Of a stretch of DNA of 44,515 bases, positions 33,600-44,515 are shown piece after piece (positions within the stretch are counted from its first letter, which is position 1; every line of letters begins with the position of its first letter). A program made the translations under genes and the position numbers. The notes beneath the pieces are model-generated. The model was not told the DNA's origin and made no database searches. It saw only the letters and a program-made list of their open reading frames with translations. This DNA is from Paraspadella gotoi (taxonomy: Eukaryota > Animalia > Chaetognatha). The stretch spans positions 20,811,906-20,856,420 of the forward strand of contig CM119264.1 of assembly GCA_051294375.1 (NCBI GenBank). The letters are read 5' to 3'.

Positions 33600-36157
33600 T
33601 AAAAAAGAATTAAAAATCTTAAAAGCATAAGGATCGAGCCACCTTCGATGGTAACCAAATTTTGATGCGATGATAAACAATAATTGATTGCGATGATAAC
33701 AAAATGACTCTGATATGATGATGATCAAATGATTGATGCGGTATGATAGTACATTCATTGATATGCGATGATAATCATTCATTGATACGATGATAGTCAT
33801 TCATTGATGCCGTTCATTCTTCATCGTAAATAAAAACAAAAAATGCCTGTGTGTGAGTGAAAGAGAGAGAGAGAGAGAGAGAGTAGAGAGAGGAGAGAGA
33901 AAAGAGAGAGAGAGAGAGAGAGAGGCTGGACAGTTTTCCCGCCAACAAACGCAATTTATGCTCTCTCGTTTATGTAAGAATAATCAGAATTTTTAGGAAA
34001 AAAATCCACGAAAATCTCGGAATAAAATGGCCGATAATAAAAGTTTTTAGAAGGAAAAAACAAAGAGAGAGAAAGAAGAGAGAGAGAGAGAGAGAAAAGA
34101 GAGAAGAGAGAAAAAGATTGGTTCTTTTTTTAGGAAAGAAACCAGACCGATGGTCAAATTTAATATTAAGACATATTTAAATTAATTATAAATATTATCA
34201 CAAACTCAAAAGTTAAAATGATTTAAATATATAACACTAAAAATAATTTATTAAATTTAATATATAGTACAAATTATCAGATAACAAAAAAGTAATGTTT
34301 AATTTGACTATATCTCTCTTATCAACTCCTATTTTAGATATTAATTTGCCAATAGTGAGCCAACCAGTCCAAAGGTTGCAATATAAATAAAAACACAATT
34401 TTTTTTTATAATGTGATGCATGCAATTATATTTTTCGGCTAAAGTGGCCTGCATATTATAACAGTCACATTAGGTGATTTATATGTGACAATGCATATAT
34501 TATAAGTTATTCTTTTTTTTTTTTTAAATGTATCCACGAAATCTCGGATGTAAAATTTAAGGATTTGTATTGAGAAAAAGCCCGAATAAATGGCGATAAT
34601 AAAAGGTTTTAGAAGGAAAAAACATAATCATAATTTTTCAAAAACAAGAAGATCACGCAAGAGAGGAGAGGAGAGCTCGGAACTCGTTTACTTCGTTTAT
34701 CTCGCCTAAGTGACGGTGGTGAAAAAAAAGTGAATAAAATTTTTTTTTGGTAAAAAAAAGAGATAGAGATGAGAGAGAGAGAGAAAGAGAGAGAGATGAA
34801 GAAAGATGAGAGAGAGAGAGACACGCGAAAACGCGTTATTAGGTCATGTTCCTTAACATTGTTTACTCGGTTTACGGCCACAAAATCCAGGAAAAGAGAA
34901 AAAACGCGCGGAATAAATGCTGATAATAAAAGTTTTTAGAGGAAAAAAAATAATCAGAGAGGAGAGACGGGAGAGGGAGAGAGAGAGAGAGAAAAAGAAA
35001 AAGCAAAAACGAATCCGATGTTCTTTCCAATTATATCTAAAAGATTAAAAATTTTGGGATTTTATGTATTGAAAAAAAAAGTCGCAGAATAAAATGGCTC
35101 GATAAATAAAAAGTTTTTAGAAGGAAAAAAAATAATCAGAAAAATTTTTCAAAAAACGAACAATCGTACAGAGAGAGAGAGACAGAAAGAAGAGAGAGAG
35201 GAGAAGAAAAGAGAGAGAGAGAGAGAAGGAAAGAGAAAAAGAGAGAAAGAAAAAAGAGAGACAGAAGAAGACAGAAGAAAGAGAAAGCTGGAAGGCAGCT
35301 GAATCAGTCACTGCAGAACCTGAACTCGTTTTTTAAGGGTTCAGAAAAGAGCAGCAACTGACAAATATAGTGAAAAATATATAATATAATTTTAAAGAAA
35401 ATAAAAGAAAGGCAAAAATATGTTACAATTGTTTACAATTGAAATTTTTTCAATTTTTTTCCAATCGCAGCTGTAAAAGATTTTTATTTTTATTTGTATT
35501 AAAATTAAGATATAGCTTCTCATTAAAAAGTATATTTTGAGTTCCCATTTTTATTATAATTAAATTTTTTTTTTTAATTTCATCTTCAATATTATATACT
35601 GCAATATGTAAATTAGATTAAAGCATTTCTATATACTAATTTGGATATTATAATGAGTACTATAATCTCATTTGCAATTTGCAGTAAATCATAATGAAGT
35701 GGAAATTCAAACAAAGAAAATACTTAAATCCAAATTAATAAAAAATATCAACAGCTATTTCAATATGAGAAGCCATATCTAAATTTTCAACTTACTATGA
35801 TGGCACACTTTTATAAAGCTTCATTGTAATTCATAATAATTTTTATTTAAAAAAAAACGGGAAGTCCCAGCCAAAACTATAAAAGCGCAGTAGTTTTTAT
35901 ATAAAAACAGCGTGACGCCGACGACGACGACGACGACGACGACGTCACAAAGAAGCAAATCTAAAACATTATAGAGCCTGAACCGGCTTCGCCGGTCATG
36001 GCTCGATAAAAAAACGGTAAGTCCCAACCAAACCTATAAAAGCGTAGTAGTTTTTATATAAAAATAGCGTGACGCCGACGACGACGACGTCACAAAGAAG
36101 CAAATCTAAAACATTATAGAGCCTGAACCGGCTTCGCCGGTCATGGTTCGATAAAAA
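33600..36157 (-). mobile_element. Family 1 element copy, expanded, with a duplicated head and a repeated internal module
   Basis: Reverse match to 18358-19720. The head occurs twice (35855-36012 and 36013-36157). The module CCACGAAAATCTCGG...GATAATAAAAGTTTTTAGAAGG recurs near 34005, 34533, 34880 and 35050. Confidence 0.7.
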
Positions 36158-36348
36158 GTTACGCAATTCTTTCCGCCCCACCGAAGAAAATCGATGGGTT
36201 TTTTCTTGGCAGACGATTGAACCATTCCAGTCTCATCACCGACCATAATCTTCCTACGTCTTTAGTCTTTCTTTCTTTTGTCAGTCGCCCCTCAAAAGCG
36301 AGAACCACGAGAGCGAAAACCCTACCATTTTTTTCGCTTTTAGGTGGA

Positions 36349-36412
<64 letters not shown>

Positions 36413-37089
36413 TTCTCAAAGATAATTTTTTTAAGAAGGTACTTCAATGAGAACGACAAGAACTACTTAATGAGTCGCCAGACTACTGTTTTTTCTATAT
36501 GAAAAAATTTTCACTAATAAGGCTTTTGAATTTCATCTCTCACCGCCCTCCGTATCTCTCTCTCTGTCTCTTATTATTTTACTATCTTCCTTTATTCTTT
36601 TTCTCTCTCGCGTACCAATTTCTCGTTGGAAAATCAATACTCGCGAGGAAAGAATCGTTAACAATTATTTTTTAAGAGTTTTTCATCTCAAGGCCGAGAT
36701 TTAAGATTTAGCATTTAAGATTTGAGTTTTGAGAATTGCAATATTTTTCTCTCGGTTAATTCGACGGCAAAAGCGTGAATATTGAATATTCATCTCTCCG
36801 ACTCCGATATCCGCCATTTGCATAAATTCCCTCGCCCTCCTTTCTCCCTTCTTCTTCTCACCTCCACCCATTTTTCTATTCATATCCCCAACTTTTTCTT
36901 TCATTCCTATTTCTCGACTTTACCTTGAAAAGTAAACAAGAAAATCTTAGAAATTTCACTGACTTTCTTTTTTTAATTTTTTTTGTTGTTGTCTCAAGCA
37001 AAATTCTAGAGTGAGGGATGGAGCGAGAGCGCGAGCTCGAGGAAAGGGGAATGAGAAAGAAAATAACCAGAGAAAAAAAAATAGAGAGA

Positions 37090-37125
<36 letters not shown>

Positions 37126-37641
37126 TGGCGCAGTTTTCCTCCTCATCCCTCGATGATCATTATTTTGATTCTGGTCGTCTGGATGTTTTTACTCTCGCGC
37201 GGCGAGTAGCGCTGAGACGGACGCGGAGTCGAGCGAGAAAAAGTAGGTCTGACGTTGACGAGGATTTAATTAAAATTTCCGGCGGCGACTGATTCCTGAC
37301 GTAAAACGGTTCCACGCCTGGGTTGAGGATGCTCTCTTCGCCTCAACCCAGGTCAGTTCTTTTTTGTGAGGTTGGTTTTTTTTTCGAAGAAAAACGAAAG
37401 AACGACGTTTTGGCTTTTAATGTATTCGGGAAACATTAGAGTTTGTAACTGAGTTAAAAATTAAGTGTTAAGTTAGCAGATTTTTTTAGCTATTTGTTTC
37501 GCCATCAAAAACCATCGCCAGAATGAAACAAGAACCTTTCTCTTTGCTCTCGTTCGGATGCAAAGAGAAGAAGAATCGTCGAAATACTCAACGCTCGGCC
37601 AGAACCTCCTCTCATTAATTATTTAAAAATGCTATGGAAAA

Positions 37642-37776
37642 AAAAAGAAAAGAAAAGAAAAGAAAAGAAAAGAAAAGAAAAGAAAAGAAAAGAAAAGAAA
37701 AGAAAAGAAAAGAAAAGAAAAGAAAAGAAAAGAAAAGAAAAGAAAAGAAACGAAACGAAACGAAACGAAACGAAAC
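37642..37776 (+). repeat. Compound pentanucleotide microsatellite (AAAAG)n(AAACG)n
   Basis: Direct reading. Confidence 0.95.
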
Positions 37777-38684
37777 GGTGAAATGCGAGCGAAGATCGTT
37801 GTTGCTCTTTTTTCCCTTATTCTCCATTCGTAACAAGTCGGGTCTTTAACAACGCTTTACCTGGCGCCGTTACCAAAATTGCGTCTCGTTAAAATCCCTG
37901 TCGAATGTGGTCACATTAGCTGGCTACGACTGTAAACTCGTTTTAAGATTGACAACTTATAAAAAAAAATATCGCGGGCGATCGCCTTGACGTTTGATTT
38001 AGGCTTTTAGATTTAATTGTCATGTCCACTTTTAAGCGGGTATAGGAAAGCAGATGGATATATTCCAAGTATTGCGTTCGCATTGCGGCGACGACAAAGT
38101 CAGATCCCAAAGCATATAATTTTGATATGATATGATATGCATAGAGTTCGAGAAAATATGGCTACATGATAGTTTTTCTCATGTTTTAGAATCCTAAATA
38201 CGTCAGCCACCTCTGCCTGCGAACTCAGAAATCACTTTCAAATTAAAACTGAGAACGAAATGGGTTTTATCTGAGTGGTTGAGTCATTTGCTAGCGTATT
38301 AGAGCCGGCACATCCTTGACACATCAGCGGAGAACGTAAGAACTGACGTCGTGTCATTTCGTGAGGGTTAGGGCTGACATGGAGTTGGCAACGAGTCTTG
38401 GCATCGCGGGAGGAGGTCGAGGGGGCGGAGGGATTGATAGAGGGCGCGGCTGACAGCGCGGCACCGTTTCTCGTCTCTTGCTCAAAGCGTGCGAGAGGAC
38501 GGGAAGGGATGAGACATTGACGAGAATGGAGGAAGATAGGAATGTTGGTGAGGAAAATAGTGGGGAAGTGGAAGAGTTACGTCGAGGGAGGAATTATGAA
38601 AGACAGCAGCAAAATCTGACAATGCGGCGTCAATCCACATGTTTCTGTCCCAGTTATTTAACAGACGTTTAGCAAATAAGAAAC

Positions 38685-40572
<1,888 letters not shown>

Positions 40573-41732
40573 GAGCTTCGGATCAGGCTGTAACACCGTG
40601 TTACAGGTGGGTTAAGCGCCCCGTCCCTCTTAACTGCTCCGGCATAATAGTTCACCATAATATGTACATTGTACAATTGTACATCAATAGGTTTGTTAAT
40701 CGAATACATCAGTCAATTACAAGCAATACTGGGCCCCTCAAGCAGTTAAGCTAATAAAGAAGCAGAAAAAGAAATAAAAGGGAAAAAACTAGAAAAAAAG
40801 AAAAAGATTGAAATTTGTCGTTCGTTCGATTTACATTCGCGAGATTCTGCTTCCAACATTGAAACTACGTCTTGGCGAGGCTTTCGACACCATGCACCAT
40901 GCACCATGAATTTAATTTTAAATGGGATAAAAGTCACGGATTCCTCAAGAGAAGAAGAAAATATAAGAGATTCGAGGAAAGTAACGTGAATATGACGATC
41001 GTGGGACCAATAGAGAAATAAAGGCTATGGGGTTGAAATGAAATTTTTGATGGATACTGAAAAGGCCTGAGGCAATTTGCGAATGAAGGAAGAAGGTATT
41101 AGGGTATGTTGGAGTAAAGACAAAAGAAAAAAATGTTGTAAAACAAATTAAATTACTAACATCAGAGTGTACTATAATAATGCTTATTAAATACGTTACT
41201 ATATCATGAATATTTAGATCGCAAGCGAAAAAAAAATCCTATTACTCAATTAGGTAAGGCGAACGAGCTAATAGAAACGGAGAAAACTTGAATTATATAA
41301 AATCAATGACAAAGGTTGTAAACACGAAAATAAAACACAACCCAACAACGCACACAATACCCGAAACGCTGGTCGTTTGAAAAATATATGAGGCAAAAGT
41401 TGGCAAGATTTGAATTCCCTTGATACTCTCCACTTTTCCCCTTTAGATTCTTTTCTTTCCAGATTCAGCTTCGCTTTGTTGAGATGCGAGGGAAATAATA
41501 TTTAGAGACGTTTATAAGGTTATTTTGTTTATTGATTGTTCAACATTGACATTGTAACCTTTTCTCTTCCATTTTTTCCGACGGATAATTTTTAGTCGGA
41601 TCTGCTTATCAGCGGATCCCGACTCTATAACTCACTTTGTCGGTCCGTCGGTCCGCCCCCTCAATATTGTCGGACACACACTTATATCATGTCAGAACAA
41701 ACGAATTATGATTAATTATGCAAAAAAAAAGA

Positions 41733-41745
41733 TGTCCGTCCGTCC

Positions 41746-41780
<35 letters not shown>

Positions 41781-41875
41781 CGTCCGTCCGTCCGTCCGTC
41801 CGTCCGTCCGTCCGTCCGTCCGTCCGTCGTCCGTCCGTCCGTCCGTCCGTCGTCCGTCCGTCCGTCCGTCCGTCC
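41733..41875 (+). repeat. (GTCC)n/(GTCT)n microsatellite
   Basis: Direct reading. GTCY repeats are typical of DINE-1-like elements. Confidence 0.95.
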
Positions 41876-41899
41876 ACCTTAGCAAAAAACTCCAATTAC

Positions 41900-43565
41900 T
41901 CGTGATTGGATGGATGGATTGGTATGAAATTTTGTGTGTGGGTAGGAAACTGTGTGATTGAGAGGGATATGAAGTTTCGACGGAATCGTGCGAGTGGAAA
42001 TTGGTTTAAATTGAAAAAAACAAAAAAATATGTTTCACTATTTGAACGCCAATTGCTCATGAGTGGATAGGGCAATTGACTTGAAAGTTTGTATGATGGT
42101 AGGAAAGTGTGTGATTGAGCGGGATATAAAGTTTCGATGGAATCGTGCGAGTGGAAATGAGTTAAAATGGAAAAACAAAAGTCATATTTACTTGAAGTAT
42201 TTTTACTTAAATTTACTTATAATTATTATGTTTATTTAAAATTGGATAGATAAATCGAAATTTAATTTTGTGTGTGGGTAGGAAAGTATGTTGATAAGCT
42301 GGATATAAATTTTTTGATGGAATCGTAGGAGTGGAAAAAGAGTTCAAATTAGAAAACCAAAAGACACATTTATTTGAATTTTTTAAAGTTTCTCTCTCTC
42401 TATCTCTCTCTGATTGATTGATTGATTGATTGATTGAATGATTGATTGATTGATTGATTGGTGATTGATTGATTTTTGATTGATTGACAAATTATGCCAT
42501 TGACAAAAATATGCCAGTTGACCAAATTCTTAAATGCCATTATATGCATTGACCAATTATGCCAGTGGACCAAATATGCCAGTTGACCAAATTATGCCTG
42601 TTGACCAATTATGCCAGTTGACCAAAGTAGGCCAGTTGATAAAATTATGCCATTGACCAAATTATGCCGGTTGACCAAATTATCTTAATTGACCAATATG
42701 TCAGTTGACCCAATTATGTCAGTTGACAAATTATGTCAGTTGACCAAATTTGTCAGTTTGACCAAATTATGTCAGTTAACCAAATTATGTCAGTTGACCA
42801 ATTAATGCAAGTTGATTAAATTATGCAAGTTGACCAAGTTAGCTTATTACCACTTAATTATCGATTGACCTGGAATTTGTATGTTAGTAGAAAAGTGTGT
42901 GATTGACAGGAAACCAAGTTCGATGGAATCTTTTGAGTGGAATGAGTTTAAATGGAAAAAAACAAAAAACCTGTTTCACTAATTGATTATGATTTTTTTC
43001 CTTTATATTAAATGTATATTCAGGATGTACTAATAAATCAAAATAATTAATCGTTAATTAATCAATTAGTCAATTAATTAATCACTAATTAATTAATCAG
43101 TCAATATTCCGTCCATCCGTCCCACCTTAGAAAAAAGCTCCAATAACTCGTGATTGGCTGGTTGGATTGGAATGAATTTTGTGTGTGGGGTAGGAAAGTG
43201 TGTGATAAAGCTGGATATAAAGTTTCGGCGGAATCGTGTGAGTTGAAATGAGTTTAAGTGGAAAAAACATAAATCGCATTTACTAAAATATTTTTACTTA
43301 TTTTAACCAATAAGTACTCTAATTAATCATAATTGGATGGATAGATTGAGTTCAAATTTTTTGTGTGGGTAGAAAAATGTGTAACGCTGCTTGATATAAA
43401 GTTTCGGTGGAAACGTACGAGTGGAAATGAGTTTAAATGAAAAAAATATGAGTCACATTTACTTGAATCTTGTTACTTATTTTAACCCATAATAGATTGA
43501 GAAAAAATTTTGTGAGCGGGTGGGAAAGTGTGTGAAGAAGCTAGATATAAAGTTTTGACGGATGA
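41900..43565 (+). repeat. Degenerate ~170-bp repeat units, about 7 copies, interrupted
   Basis: The core TTTTGTGTGTGGGTAGGAAAGTGTGTGAT...GGATATAAAGTTTCG.TGGAATCGTGCGAGTGGAAATGAGTT recurs near 41930, 42088, 42266, 42875, 43176, 43358 and 43508. Confidence 0.85.
42484..42838 (+). repeat. 19-bp minisatellite (AATTATGCCAGTTGACCAA)n
   Basis: Roughly 18-19 tandem degenerate units, preceded by (GATT)n at 42411-42486. Confidence 0.9.
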
Positions 43566-44515
43566 TCACACACATATATACTTTAATTTAAAAACACTCT
43601 ATTCGATTTGAAATTCTCAACATGAGAGATCCCGGTCGATTTTATCTGGCTCCTAAATTATGCAAATTAGCTTACGATCGAATTTGTCAGATAACAATGA
43701 CGCTCTTTATTCGCGTAATTTTAAACGTTTTACTATTGTAATATAATAAATAATTAAATATTATAGTTTTTAGAATATATATTTTATATTATAAATATTT
43801 TATAGTATTTATACTAATATAAATAAGACAAATAGCAATTAAATGAGAGCTTGAATGCTTCTTTTTCTTACCAAAATTAGGAATTCAAAGAGATTTTTGC
43901 ATAAAATAAAATATTAACTATTTTGCTTGCTTAAATTCCTTATTACAATATAATTAAATATAAATTGTTTATAAATTGTATAATTCATTCGTTTAAGTTA
44001 CCAGTATACGTTTTTTAATAAATAGTAAATATAGAAAAAACTTGATAACTCAGATAAAAATAACCAATAAAATATTAAATAAAAATAATACTAATATTAA
44101 TATTATCAAAAATATAAAATAATATTATTATAATAATATTTAATAATTTAATAATAATAATTAATAAAAAAATATTTTAAAAATTATTGCAAAGAAAAAA
44201 ATTAGAATAGTTTAAAATTTATAATGAATATTTTTCTATAGCCAAATATATATTTTTTAAAGTAATTTTTAGTCAACTATTCTAACAGGAAATTTTGGTT
44301 TTAATTCTTTCGGTTTCGTTGCGTAATTAGTATTAAAAGAAAATTTTTTTTTCAGAAACAAAACAAAAACAGGAAATTTTAAATTTTTAGAACACAAGCT
44401 TGGAAAGCAGGGCAATTTTAGTGGTTAGTCTAATCTTACTCTATATACTCATAACAGACTTTTACATAAACTGATAATCATAAATATTTGAAAAATATTT
44501 TTCTTCTACGAAAGA

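Larger units (their letters stand above)
41589..43640 (+). mobile_element. DINE-1/Helentron-associated element, family 2
   Basis: TTTTT-AGTCGGATCTGC...GCGGATCCCGACT hairpin, CTATAACTCACTTTGTCGGTCCGTC, (GTCC/GTCT)n, several ~170-bp repeated units and a possible 3' subTIR AGATCCCGG near 43627. The right boundary is uncertain. Confidence 0.65.

Noticed and set aside
42484-42838. Regular short repeats resembling a CRISPR array, also at 19410-19675
   Set aside because: Head-to-tail units without unique spacers, no cas genes, and a eukaryotic context.

Overview
AT-rich, microsatellite-dense eukaryotic genomic DNA, probably from an invertebrate, in a draft assembly with several N gaps and apparent indel noise. 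The organism cannot be determined. The best-supported feature is a near-complete Ty3/Gypsy LTR retrotransposon (~26143-32032, + strand) with CsRn1-clade hallmarks: a CX2HX9CX3C Gag knuckle and a Trp-like PBS. It has a G_GGA_AAC -1 frameshift site followed by a predicted H-type pseudoknot, an unusual D-G-G protease motif and low-complexity insertions in Pol. Also present are: a Penelope-like GIY-YIG remnant whose inverted pseudo-LTRs each carry a minimal hammerhead-ribozyme motif; a LINE 3' fragment; a TA-flanked ~610 bp MITE in 3 copies; two families of DINE-1/Helentron-associated non-autonomous elements with internal tandem repeats; a tRNA-like SINE head; and a large inverted plus direct duplication (2.5-9.6 kb) that may be an assembly artefact. 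Candidate low-complexity host exons include one with a possible death-domain-like remnant. There is no CRISPR array, rRNA or prokaryotic gene content.
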